Origin: Patescibacteria group bacterium
GTDB taxonomy: Bacteria > Patescibacteriota > Microgenomatia > UBA1406 > GWC2-37-13
Assembly (NCBI GenBank): GCA_049323035.1
Contig: JBMOLB010000005.1
Span: 110,402-174,401, forward strand
Length of the DNA stretch: 64,000 bases
Direction: 5' to 3'
Shown: in pieces, positions 1 through 8,511 of the stretch
How positions within the stretch are numbered: position 1 is the stretch's first letter
How the letters are laid out: every line of letters begins with the position of its first letter
Made by a program: the position numbers and the translations under genes
Notes under the pieces: generated by a model
Seen by the model: only the letters and a program-made list of their open reading frames with translations
Databases searched by the model: none
Told to the model about the DNA's origin: nothing

Positions 1-1226
1 CCAACGACTCGGGAGCCGGAGGATTGACCGGACCCGGTGGCGTTGAATATTGCTGTATAGTGTATAAACAAGGTCTATACGCCTCCCAGTATGGTTGTGA
101 CGCATCCCAATATGTTGCAAAAGTTGTCGGATTCACCGGTAATAAGGACGGAACAGACGGGTATACCAGTTGTGCGACGACAGGGTATGAAAAATATTCA
201 ACCATACAAAAGGTGGGAAACTGTTCCGGAATGGCCGAAACACAGTCTTTGGCTTCTGCCGGATCGGGATCCATATGCGTTGGCAATCCGGACAAACCAC
301 CTGTCAGCAGCGGGACAGAACTGGAGGCTCCAACCACATGCAAGCCAGCCTTAAATAGCCCCGATTGCACAGAAATGGCGAAGCAATATGGAATCAGTAT
401 GATCTTTCGGACAGCTTCAAAGATGTGTTGTCCTGTTGGTGTAAATCCGCCGGCGGCAGAGGATCAAGCGGGAGAATGCTCGTCTCCTATTAGCTGTCCC
501 GCCAATACAACGGGCGGACCTTACTATTCGAAGATGGTAAAAAAATCCTATGATCCGGTGGCTTATCCGAATTACTACAAAACCAAGGACCAGTGCAAAA
601 ACAACCAGAATTCTTACATGAACGAACGTGAGATCATTGAAGAGGTCTGCAAGCCGAAAACGCAAACTCCCGAAACTCCGCAGAGCGGCGTTGCGTCAGG
701 AACGAGCTGTTTTACGTCGACTTCCAAGATCGGCTCGTATAATTTTACCGATAGGCCGGATGACGTTGTGAAAGGCACCGCCCGCTGTGGAGGAGTGGTC
801 ATATATAACTCTTCCTTAGGGACGATATTGAGGGAATGTCCGACCTCCGGGAACGAATGCAGGTATAGCTGTTATAATGCTCAAAATGTCCAAGTAAACT
901 GCACGGGCGTCAGCGATGTGCATGGCGGGGGAATTAGGAAAGTGACGGTGGTCAATAATACCGGCAACGAAATCGAAATAACGGGAAAGATTACGAAGAA
1001 TAACACAAGTTCCATATCAATCGGCCAGGTCGCAATAGGATCGGCAGCGGGCGCGAACTTTTACACCAAGGACTTCAGCAATGTCGATTCTCTGGACTGC
1101 GCTTTCCTGTCAACGATCCACTTTACGGTCATGTACAGGAAAAAGGGAGACACAGTGTGGAGCACACCATTTTCAACACAAGAAAGATGTGCGGGGACAG
1201 TTAATTTATTGGTTTCCATAAAATGA
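1..1226 (+). CDS. Cys-rich secreted/surface protein; 5' end runs off the window
   Basis: The frame is open from base 3 with no upstream stop, so the listed TTG at 24 is probably internal. Many Cys, Thr/Pro-rich linkers, no enzymatic motif. The stop overlaps the next start (ATGA). Confidence 0.55.
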   Translation, partial: NDSGAGGLTGPGGVEYCCIVYKQGLYASQYGCDASQYVAKVVGFTGNKDGTDGYTSCATTGYEKYSTIQKVGNCSGMAETQSLASAGSGSICVGNPDKPPVSSGTELEAPTTCKPALNSPDCTEMAKQYGISMIFRTASKMCCPVGVNPPAAEDQAGECSSPISCPANTTGGPYYSKMVKKSYDPVAYPNYYKTKDQCKNNQNSYMNEREIIEEVCKPKTQTPETPQSGVASGTSCFTSTSKIGSYNFTDRPDDVVKGTARCGGVVIYNSSLGTILRECPTSGNECRYSCYNAQNVQVNCTGVSDVHGGGIRKVTVVNNTGNEIEITGKITKNNTSSISIGQVAIGSAAGANFYTKDFSNVDSLDCAFLSTIHFTVMYRKKGDTVWSTPFSTQERCAGTVNLLVSIK

Positions 1227-1723
1227 ACAATATCAAGAGTTACGGTAAATTATTGGTGATCATGCTTGCGGCGTATATTATTGCCGATTTTGGCGTCAAT
1301 AACGTATTCCTTGCCAAAACGCCTAAAATCAACCCCTTTGCGATGCAAAACATGAAATATAAGGTCAACAACTTCATCGGCAATACTTCTGCATTTGTTG
1401 CTTCGTTAAATCCCCTGAAGCGGACCAACAACAGTCCTTCGGGGCCGGAAATAAACGACAGCGGAGCTTCGGTCGCCAATATTCCCCAACCTCAAAAGGT
1501 TCAAGATGAAATAACCAACGCCTTGTCGGCCCCGATGACCAAGCTGAGCCAGGGAGTTTACGCAAGCGAAGTCAACGACATAAAGGTTTACGAGGTAAGG
1601 ACAGACGAATTAGGTAACGAATATAAGGTTTACAAGTTCAATATTAACGGTAAAGAAATTCAGATAAAGGTTCCCGTCAACCAGACGCCGCCGACGAAGG
1701 AAGAACTTGAAGGAATATTTTGA
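1223..1723 (+). CDS. N-terminally membrane-anchored hypothetical protein
   Basis: One N-terminal hydrophobic helix (LLVIMLAAYIIADFGV). Translationally coupled to the upstream ORF. No recognisable domain. Confidence 0.55.
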   Translation: MNNIKSYGKLLVIMLAAYIIADFGVNNVFLAKTPKINPFAMQNMKYKVNNFIGNTSAFVASLNPLKRTNNSPSGPEINDSGASVANIPQPQKVQDEITNALSAPMTKLSQGVYASEVNDIKVYEVRTDELGNEYKVYKFNINGKEIQIKVPVNQTPPTKEELEGIF

Positions 1724-1732
1724 CCAAATTGA

Positions 1733-1761
1733 TTGACATTTATATTATTAGTTTCTAATAT
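1733..1761 (+). promoter_or_regulatory. sigma70-like promoter, probable leaderless start for the 1768 ORF
   Basis: TTGACA (1733-1738), exact 17-nt spacer, TAATAT (1756-1761). The ATG at 1768 lies 6 nt after the -10 box and has no SD. Confidence 0.4.
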
Positions 1762-1767
1762 TAATCT

Positions 1768-2064
1768 ATGTATATCGGGCCGTTTTATTTTGACACGAAG
1801 GAGCTTTTCCTCATACTGGCAGGCGTCCTTATAGGATTAGCCTGGGCATTGGGTTGGCCATTGTGGTGGTTTGACAAGCGGGCTCTTTTGACTCTCATTA
1901 TCCTGATGCTCTTTACCAAGGGTTTGTTGCCGTCGATCCACAACGAGGCCTTCTTTATCCTGGCGTTGGTCACGATATTCCTGAGCCTTTACCTCCCGGT
2001 TTTCCAGGTGGTTCTTTTTTACTTTGTCAGCTTTTTTATGTTTAGGCTTTTGAAGGTAATCTAA
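1768..2064 (+). CDS. small integral membrane protein (about 3 TM helices)
   Basis: 98 aa, almost entirely hydrophobic segments. Confidence 0.5.
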   Translation: MYIGPFYFDTKELFLILAGVLIGLAWALGWPLWWFDKRALLTLIILMLFTKGLLPSIHNEAFFILALVTIFLSLYLPVFQVVLFYFVSFFMFRLLKVI

Positions 2065-2068
2065 CACA

Positions 2069-3232
2069 ATGAAAAAAATTTTAGTTTTTGGAATAGTGTC
2101 GCTGATCTTTGTAATGATTATGTCTTCGGTACGTCCAATCGACACTTCCGCTCAAGACGTTGTCACTGGGTCCTGTGGGGGAATCTCCGGATCCGTCTGT
2201 CCTGCCGACCAATTCTGTGAGTATGACAACGGCGCAAGAGTGGCGCCTTATCCGGATGCTTCGGGGATATGTAAACCAAGCGCCTGGGATTGTAAGGCAT
2301 TGGCCAACGGCGCCCCATGCAAGATGTGTCAACCATGTCCGGCCGGAAAAGTATGCACAAAGGAATGCAAAATAATTTCGGCAACTTGCCAGAATCAGGT
2401 CTGTACCGTTATACCTACAGCAACACCCACTCCGATACCGCCCTTAAATATTGCTCCGGTCACTCCCGGAACGGAGGAACTATGCACTTCGACGACACTT
2501 TCGGATACGAATCTTGGGGCGGGAGAAAGCCTGACGGTTACGTCAAAGTCGACCAGTTCGGATATCGTCCAATTCGGTTGGTGGCTTTATAATATGGACA
2601 ATCTGGATACCAACAATGCCCCAAAACCGATAAAATTCGTTGCGGGAACCAACGTTGCCGGCGTTGTCCAGACCAGGCAGATATCGACCAACCAGGCAAC
2701 ACTCACCATTAACTTCTACGACATAAACAGGAACGACGTTAATTGGACTTATTACATGCCGAAACCAAAAAGAATCAAGGTGGACGCGTATTTCAAAAAA
2801 GCCGGATCGACCGCTTGGTCTAAATATAATGCCAACTGTTCAAAATTCTTTAATGCGGCCACAGTTGATCCGACTCCGACGCCCGTGACCTCCTGCACCT
2901 GCAGCACAGCCAACACCTGCGCGACGACCTGTTTTTTCGACAAATTCGGAACAGGCGTTACTTATTCGAATCCGGTAAACTGCAATCTCGGATCCGACCT
3001 TTTCTCAAGCGCCCCGACCGCCGCCAATAAAAATAAGTGGTGCCAGAGTTATTTGAGGACCAGAGGAGACTCGAACGGAGACGGCAAAACCAACATGCTT
3101 GACTATTTCTATTATGTTTCGGCGACCGTTTTCGGTGCCAAATTGCCCCCGACGGCCAATATAGATTTCAACGGTGACGGCATTGTAAGTTCGGCCGATA
3201 AAACAATATTAATCAAATCGCTGAAACCATGA
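2069..3232 (+). CDS. secreted Cys-rich protein with C-terminal dockerin-like repeat pair
   Basis: Signal-peptide-like N-terminus. The C-terminus carries two Ca-binding-loop-like segments, DSNGDGKTNMLDYFYY and DFNGDGIVSSADKTILIKSL, which is the type I dockerin pattern. Confidence 0.7.
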   Translation: MKKILVFGIVSLIFVMIMSSVRPIDTSAQDVVTGSCGGISGSVCPADQFCEYDNGARVAPYPDASGICKPSAWDCKALANGAPCKMCQPCPAGKVCTKECKIISATCQNQVCTVIPTATPTPIPPLNIAPVTPGTEELCTSTTLSDTNLGAGESLTVTSKSTSSDIVQFGWWLYNMDNLDTNNAPKPIKFVAGTNVAGVVQTRQISTNQATLTINFYDINRNDVNWTYYMPKPKRIKVDAYFKKAGSTAWSKYNANCSKFFNAATVDPTPTPVTSCTCSTANTCATTCFFDKFGTGVTYSNPVNCNLGSDLFSSAPTAANKNKWCQSYLRTRGDSNGDGKTNMLDYFYYVSATVFGAKLPPTANIDFNGDGIVSSADKTILIKSLKP

Positions 3233-5040
3233 TGAAAAAAGACGCCCTCAAATTACTGACAGTTTTCATTGTCACCGTGGCGGGTGTTTTTTGGGCGCTG
3301 AACTATTTGTTTTTGAGCGACAAGACGGCTCAGAAATCAAAGGCAGCCAATGACAGCATTGAAGTCTCTTATGATCCGGCGACCCCGACTGCCGCCGCCG
3401 GGCAGGATTTTACGGTAATGGTGAGAATGAAGCCGCCGACAAATGTCTCGCTTAGGGGATATACCCTGAAACTCAAGTTCGACAAGGCAATCCTGAAAGC
3501 AAAATACATAGACTATAAAATAGGAGTCCCCAGTCCGGACTTTGGTGACACTTCGGGTTCTCTGACCGCGATAAATGAGGCGGGAACTATCAACATCCAG
3601 GGGGAAATACAAAACCCCACAGGTCTTCTTATAAACGCAAACACGACCAATGACATTGTCAGAATAGTCTTTACGGCAACCCAGGCATCCGGAAATACGG
3701 TTGCCCTGAGCAACGTTAACTTTTACAAGGTCAAATCGGACGGAACCATCGAAGTTGATGAGATCGCTTCGCCTCCGGAACTCAAGGTTAACGGAGGGGC
3801 GGCGGCTGCCCAGTGCGAAAATTTCACCGATGGTTTTTCGGCTTCTTCGTTGAATTCCAGCCGATGGGGCATTAATACGAACAATTCCGGGACAGTCCGC
3901 ACTGACAACGATGAACTGACCATAACCACTCCTGAAAGCACCAATAACATGGGAAAAACGACATACATATACAGCAAAAACCTCGTCGGGGGTGATTTTG
4001 CAGTCGAAACTGTTTTCAAAGGATTATCGAGCACCCCTGCGAGCGCTTCCGGTTACGTGTCCGGGTTGGGTTTCTTCGCCCACGATTCGGGCTATGACGG
4101 CTTTGCAATAGAAAGACACGGTAATGGCCAGCTCAAAGTTCTTTATGATTGGAACAATAGCGACTGGGTCAGCCCTGTTCTTGTCAATACCTCTTTGGGT
4201 CAGAACAGCCCGGTCAAGGTCAAGATGGAAAGAACCGGCACAGAAGTTAAATTCTATTATGACATATTCGACGGAGGCGGTTACAGGCTGGCGAAGTCCT
4301 TTACGGGCGCATATGCCGGGAAAGCTAACATCGAGGTATTCGTGAATAACTACGGAACCAGTTATCCGAAAGCGGTCGGGAAATTCGACGATTTCAAGTT
4401 GGCCTGTTCAGGCGGCGGGAGCGTGACTCCAACCGTCCCCGCGGTTAACATAACGCCGACCGGGGCAATTGCAGTGACAGGCAACACGGTCTTGAATCTT
4501 AAACTCAAATTCCAGGGAATAACTGCCAAGCCTGCCGATCCAAGGAATTTCATGAACGTAAAATTCACCCTTTCGGGTGAAGGGATAACAACACCGCTTG
4601 TTAAGTCGGGTTCTTTCGTGAGCGATGCCTCGGGAGTGTGGAGCGGTAAGGTCGGATTTGATCTTACTTCCCCTGCGGGCAAGAAATACACGCTTTACGT
4701 CAAAGGGCCTCGCCACGTCCAAAAGAAGATTTGCGTCAATGCCCCAGCGGAAAACACCCCAGGAACATACAGTTGTAGCGCCCAGGCGATCACCCTTGCA
4801 TTGGGCGAAAACACCCTGGATCTCTCCAAGGTTTTGCAGCTTTCGGGCGACATATACGGCACCGATAAAGGCCAGGACGGGATCGTCAATTCCATAGACA
4901 TATCCTATGTCAAGAATAACCTCAAAAAAGCCGACGCGGCGGTTTTGGGAATTTGCGACATCAATTTGGATGGCAAGTGCGATACTCAGGATTACTCATT
5001 GATCATCTCGTCCCTGTCTATAAAGAGCGACGAACTCTAA
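3229..5040 (+). CDS. surface protein: cohesin-like N-domain, ConA/LamG-like lectin domain, C-terminal dockerin-like pair
   Basis: N-terminal TM anchor. Cohesin-like block (AAAGQDFTVMVRMKPP...IVRIVFTATQASGNTVAL). Central block FTDGFSASSLNSSRWG...VKFYYD resembles a ConA-like lectin/glucanase fold. C-terminus has DKGQDGIVNSIDISYVKNNL and DINLDGKCDTQDYSLIISSL. ATGA overlap with the upstream gene. Confidence 0.7.
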   Translation: MMKKDALKLLTVFIVTVAGVFWALNYLFLSDKTAQKSKAANDSIEVSYDPATPTAAAGQDFTVMVRMKPPTNVSLRGYTLKLKFDKAILKAKYIDYKIGVPSPDFGDTSGSLTAINEAGTINIQGEIQNPTGLLINANTTNDIVRIVFTATQASGNTVALSNVNFYKVKSDGTIEVDEIASPPELKVNGGAAAAQCENFTDGFSASSLNSSRWGINTNNSGTVRTDNDELTITTPESTNNMGKTTYIYSKNLVGGDFAVETVFKGLSSTPASASGYVSGLGFFAHDSGYDGFAIERHGNGQLKVLYDWNNSDWVSPVLVNTSLGQNSPVKVKMERTGTEVKFYYDIFDGGGYRLAKSFTGAYAGKANIEVFVNNYGTSYPKAVGKFDDFKLACSGGGSVTPTVPAVNITPTGAIAVTGNTVLNLKLKFQGITAKPADPRNFMNVKFTLSGEGITTPLVKSGSFVSDASGVWSGKVGFDLTSPAGKKYTLYVKGPRHVQKKICVNAPAENTPGTYSCSAQAITLALGENTLDLSKVLQLSGDIYGTDKGQDGIVNSIDISYVKNNLKKADAAVLGICDINLDGKCDTQDYSLIISSLSIKSDEL

Positions 5041-5041
5041 T

Positions 5042-5665
5042 ATGGAAAACAAGAATAAAATATACATTTACCTTTTGGTTATATTTTTTGCGGTCTTTGT
5101 GGGCACGGGTCTGTTTGTCGGCGCGGGCAACAAAAAAAACCAGGCTACAGGAAAAGAAATTAACTCGACAAAAAGCGATTTGGCGTCAAACACCCTAAAG
5201 CAGGAAAATTTGGTCATGCCGACAGTCGCACCCACCCAGGGATCGTTAACATTGACCTCCGATTTAGCCGGTTATTCCTTGTCGGACAACATAGTCCTTA
5301 ACCTGAAGGGACAGTCCGCGGGGAAAAACGTCGTCGGCTACGATGTAGTTCTCTATTATGATCCATCGGCGGCTGACTTTGTCGAAGTAAGATCGTCCTT
5401 GCCCGATTTCAAGATTTACTCGTATAATAGAGGTAACTATCTTTTATTGACAGCGGTAAAGGGGTTGGAGAGCACGGCACCGACGGTTTTGGGGTCGGCA
5501 GACAGCAGCCAGCCGATGGCGACGATTGTTTTTAAACCCAAAAAGTCAGGAAAGTCTAATTTTTCGTTAAGGCAATCAACGGGCAAGGATATAACCGATT
5601 TGGTAACCGACCAAACGGAAGTTCTTAACCCGTCATTGCAGGATTTGACGGTTGAAGTAAAATGA
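5042..5665 (+). CDS. membrane-anchored cohesin-like domain protein
   Basis: N-terminal TM helix, then a cohesin-like beta-sandwich pattern (VVGYDVVLYYDPSAADFVEV...MATIVFKPKKSGKSNFSL). Confidence 0.6.
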   Translation: MENKNKIYIYLLVIFFAVFVGTGLFVGAGNKKNQATGKEINSTKSDLASNTLKQENLVMPTVAPTQGSLTLTSDLAGYSLSDNIVLNLKGQSAGKNVVGYDVVLYYDPSAADFVEVRSSLPDFKIYSYNRGNYLLLTAVKGLESTAPTVLGSADSSQPMATIVFKPKKSGKSNFSLRQSTGKDITDLVTDQTEVLNPSLQDLTVEVK

Positions 5666-6330
5666 AGAATATAAAAAAAACCATTATCGTTCTGATGATT
5701 TTCCTTGGGTTGACTCCCTTGGTTTTTGCCGTCGAGGCGGCTTCCTTGAAATTCACCAACACGACTGCGACTGTTTCGAACGGCGGCACTTTTCAGATCG
5801 GGGTAACCGTTGATCCGGGTTCCGACAGTGTCAACTCGGCGGATGTTTACGTGACATACGACGGAACGCTTTTGAAAGCGACCGGCGTTTCGGCGGGGTC
5901 TCTTTTCCCGACGGTCACGAATGATGTCGCCACATCGGGTACGGTTTATATAGCGGGTATGGTTAATGACCCGGCCAATTCGATTTCTTCGGCAGGAACG
6001 ATCGCCACGATCACTTTCCAAGCCCTCAAGGAAGGATCCGGCACATTGTCTTTTGACTGCAATTCCTCGAAAGTTGTAAAGAACGACCTCAACGCCACCA
6101 ACGTGTTAACCTGTTCATCAAACGGAACCTCGGCTATTACGGTTGGTGCCGGAGGATCGAGTTCGAGCAATCCGACTGCCACCCCAACCACGTCAGCGTC
6201 AACGGGCGGTACGGATAGTGCGGCTCCGACGGAATTGCCGCAAACCGGAATATGGGACAACGTCGCAAGACTTGCAATTCCGGGAGCGATATTGTTAATA
6301 TTAGGTGGAGCATTAAGACTGGTATTATGA
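5662..6330 (+). CDS. cohesin-like domain protein with LPXTG cell-wall sorting signal
   Basis: Signal peptide. Cohesin-like block (GGTFQIGVTVDPG...ADVYVTYDGTLLKA...GTIATITFQALKEGSGTLSF). Thr/Ser/Pro linker, then LPQTG followed by a hydrophobic helix and a basic tail. Confidence 0.75.
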   Translation: MKNIKKTIIVLMIFLGLTPLVFAVEAASLKFTNTTATVSNGGTFQIGVTVDPGSDSVNSADVYVTYDGTLLKATGVSAGSLFPTVTNDVATSGTVYIAGMVNDPANSISSAGTIATITFQALKEGSGTLSFDCNSSKVVKNDLNATNVLTCSSNGTSAITVGAGGSSSSNPTATPTTSASTGGTDSAAPTELPQTGIWDNVARLAIPGAILLILGGALRLVL

Positions 6331-6941
6331 TAAACAATCCCAAGACCGCAAAAATTGCCGCCATCGTCATCGGGATTTTCATCTTCATAGGCTTACTGAT
6401 ATTGACTTTCCAGCTCATTGGCACCCGAGCCGCCGATTTTGAACCGAGGGATGTGGTCGTTTCCAATATCGACAAGAATTCCGTCAAGGTTACCTGGGCA
6501 ACCGGCGTTGATTCCCAGGGGGTTGTCGAGTACGGAACGACACCCACAGCTCTGAATTTCTTTGCCCCCGAGGCCGCAAAAGCAAAGACTCACAGCCTTG
6601 ATTTGACCCTTCTGTCGCCGAATACAACCTATTATTTTGATATACGGGTTGGAGACAAAAAATACGATAACGGAGGCGTTCCCTGGACGTTTACGACCAA
6701 GAATACCGAAGGATCGACCGTTCCCGCGCCAACTGCCGTTGCGCCGACATCGGCTGTTGCTACCCCGACAAAACCAGCCTCCGGCAACACAACCCAGCCG
6801 ACACCGGTCCAAAGACTTGAGATACCCGACGGAAGCACCTGCACCGAAACGGATTGTGCCAAAATAAAGGAGAAACTCGGCAAGGGATGCTCGACGCAAG
6901 ACTACTTCAAATGTGTGCGGGCACTGACGCCAACTCCTTAA
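6327..6941 (+). CDS. membrane-anchored FN3-like domain protein
   Basis: I use the ATG at 6327, which overlaps the upstream TGA (ATGA); the listed 6252 start would overlap the LPXTG tail. TM helix, then an FN3/purple-acid-phosphatase-N-like pattern (NSVKVTWATGVDSQGVVEYGTTP...YYFDI), a Pro/Thr linker and a Cys-rich tail. Confidence 0.6.
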   Translation: MINNPKTAKIAAIVIGIFIFIGLLILTFQLIGTRAADFEPRDVVVSNIDKNSVKVTWATGVDSQGVVEYGTTPTALNFFAPEAAKAKTHSLDLTLLSPNTTYYFDIRVGDKKYDNGGVPWTFTTKNTEGSTVPAPTAVAPTSAVATPTKPASGNTTQPTPVQRLEIPDGSTCTETDCAKIKEKLGKGCSTQDYFKCVRALTPTP

Positions 6942-7591
6942 ATAACTCCCGTAAGGCTCATGGGGATAAGGATGTTTACCATAAACGAAACCACTGGCGA
7001 AAGAACCCTTTCGAGCATTGACGTGCCGGCAATCGGGAATATCATCAGCAAAAGGAAAAACATTCCGTATCTCTGAAGCGAATACCATTCGCGGGCGCTT
7101 TCGTTTGAGAGGAACCCCCCGACAATCTTAAACCCGTCCAGCGGGTGGATAGGTAAAAGATTAAATACCCCCAAAATAATGTTCATCCTGATGACGGGCG
7201 TTAACAACAAAAATCCTATAGTTGTTAAAAAATTAAGATCAAAAAATATTAACAATCTCAATATTATAGAAAGTATTATTGCCATAATAAAATTGGATAT
7301 AGGGCCGGCAATCGATATTACCGCAGCGTCTTTTCTGGGATTTTTCAGGTTGTAGGGATCGAATTCAACCGGTTTTCCCCAACCGAACCCGAAAAGAAGC
7401 AAAAACACCATACCCAACCAGTCCAAATGGGCCATCGGATTTAACTTAAGCCTGCCCTGAAGCCTTGGAGTCGGATCGCCCAAATGGTCGGCCATATATG
7501 CGTGGGAGAACTCATGAATGGTAATGGCAACAAGCAGCGCAAACAGATACAAAAAGAAGATTAAAGGGTTGGAAAACAGGTAGTTGTACAT
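6938..7591 (-). CDS. site-2 protease family (peptidase M50) membrane metalloprotease
   Basis: HEFSHA zinc motif inside a TM helix, several further TM helices, and a downstream LLPIHPLDG motif. Confidence 0.85.
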   Translation of the reverse strand: MYNYLFSNPLIFFLYLFALLVAITIHEFSHAYMADHLGDPTPRLQGRLKLNPMAHLDWLGMVFLLLFGFGWGKPVEFDPYNLKNPRKDAAVISIAGPISNFIMAIILSIILRLLIFFDLNFLTTIGFLLLTPVIRMNIILGVFNLLPIHPLDGFKIVGGFLSNESAREWYSLQRYGMFFLLLMIFPIAGTSMLERVLSPVVSFMVNILIPMSLTGVI

Positions 7592-7614
7592 ACTATATTA
7601 TACCAATCCCCAAC

Positions 7615-7641
7615 AAGGTCTCACCTTCAACGGTGGGACCT
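7615..7641. repeat. palindromic element, imperfect copy (AAGGTCTCACCTTCAACGGTGGGACCT)
   Basis: Matches the perfect palindromes at 8218-8245 and 38648-38674. Lies in the divergent intergenic region between the M50 protease gene and rpmB. Confidence 0.6.
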
Positions 7642-7687
7642 CAATAGAATTTGTTTTTTATAGTTCTTTATGCTATTATTTACTCTT

Positions 7688-7948
7688 ATGGAAAACGTTT
7701 GTTATCACTGCGGAAAAGGCGTCCTTTACGGTCGCACCCACACTCATCACAGGGGAGTTGCCGGAGGCCGCTGGAAGAAAAGGGCTCCAAAAGTGCAAAA
7801 GATCTTCAGGGCCAACCTCGTAAGGCTTTCGATCGTCGAAAACGGCGAGACCAAGAGGGTAAAGCTTTGCACAAGCTGCCTCAAGAGAGTCAAAAAGGAC
7901 ATGAAGGACGGCGTGAAACCTTTCGTAAAACTTGCCGCAGCCGTCTGA
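7688..7948 (+). CDS. rpmB: 50S ribosomal protein L28
   Basis: Small basic protein. It shows the C-x2-GK...G...H...R...ANL pattern typical of L28, plus a second CxxC pair (CTSC). The start is set at the internal ATG (MENVCYHCGKG). Confidence 0.65.
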   Translation: MENVCYHCGKGVLYGRTHTHHRGVAGGRWKKRAPKVQKIFRANLVRLSIVENGETKRVKLCTSCLKRVKKDMKDGVKPFVKLAAAV

Positions 7949-8485
7949 TCAGATTTCGAAATTCTTCAATTTTCCATCAACCTCTTTGTAAAGCGGAGCA
8001 TTTTGTTCCATTGACCTTTGGGTAAAGACAACGCCATTCAAATGATCCATCTCGTGCTGGATAATGACCGCCTCAAAGCCCTTAAACCACCTTTTATGAG
8101 ATTGGGAATTGAGATCTTGATACTCGACTAGAACCTTGGAAGATCTTTTGACCGGTCCCCATATCCGGGGGATTGAAAGGCATCCTTCCAGTTTCTCGCC
8201 CTTTTTATCCTTCTTGGAAGGTCTCACCTTTAAAGGTGAGACCTTATCTAAAATCCTTGGGTTTATGAAGACCTGGGTGTCGGCTTGGGGACTTTTTTTA
8301 ATTATGAAAATAGATAAATCCCGGCCGACCTGATTGGCTGCCAGACCAACCCCCTGGGGATCCGATTGGGATGCCAAAGTTTCCTCCATTTCATAAACGA
8401 ACTTTCTTATTTCCTCGTCGATCTTGTCGACGGTTTTGGTCGGATTGGCCAGTACCGGATGGGGGACATTGACGATTCTCAACAT
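7949..8485 (-). CDS. def: peptide deformylase
   Basis: All three Def motifs are present: GVGLAANQVG, EGCLSIP and QHEMDHLNG. Confidence 0.9.
   Translation of the reverse strand: MLRIVNVPHPVLANPTKTVDKIDEEIRKFVYEMEETLASQSDPQGVGLAANQVGRDLSIFIIKKSPQADTQVFINPRILDKVSPLKVRPSKKDKKGEKLEGCLSIPRIWGPVKRSSKVLVEYQDLNSQSHKRWFKGFEAVIIQHEMDHLNGVVFTQRSMEQNAPLYKEVDGKLKNFEI
8218..8245. repeat. 28-bp perfect palindrome AAGGTCTCACCTTTAAAGGTGAGACCTT inside the def coding sequence
   Basis: Read directly. It encodes KVSPLKVRPS in the loop between the INP and EGCLS segments of Def. Confidence 0.8.
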
Positions 8486-8511
8486 GGAAATATTATATAA
8501 TATTAGTCATT

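Noticed and set aside
6252-6326. N-terminal 25 codons of the listed 6252-6941 ORF
   Set aside because: They overlap the LPXTG tail of the upstream gene in another frame. The ATG at 6327 forms an ATGA junction and begins directly with a TM anchor.
5437-7088. Long minus-strand ORFs 5437-6021 (194 aa) and 6393-7088 (231 aa)
   Set aside because: They lie antisense to plus-strand genes that carry recognisable cohesin/LPXTG/FN3 features. Their translations are Arg/Gly-rich low complexity with no motifs, so they are shadow ORFs.
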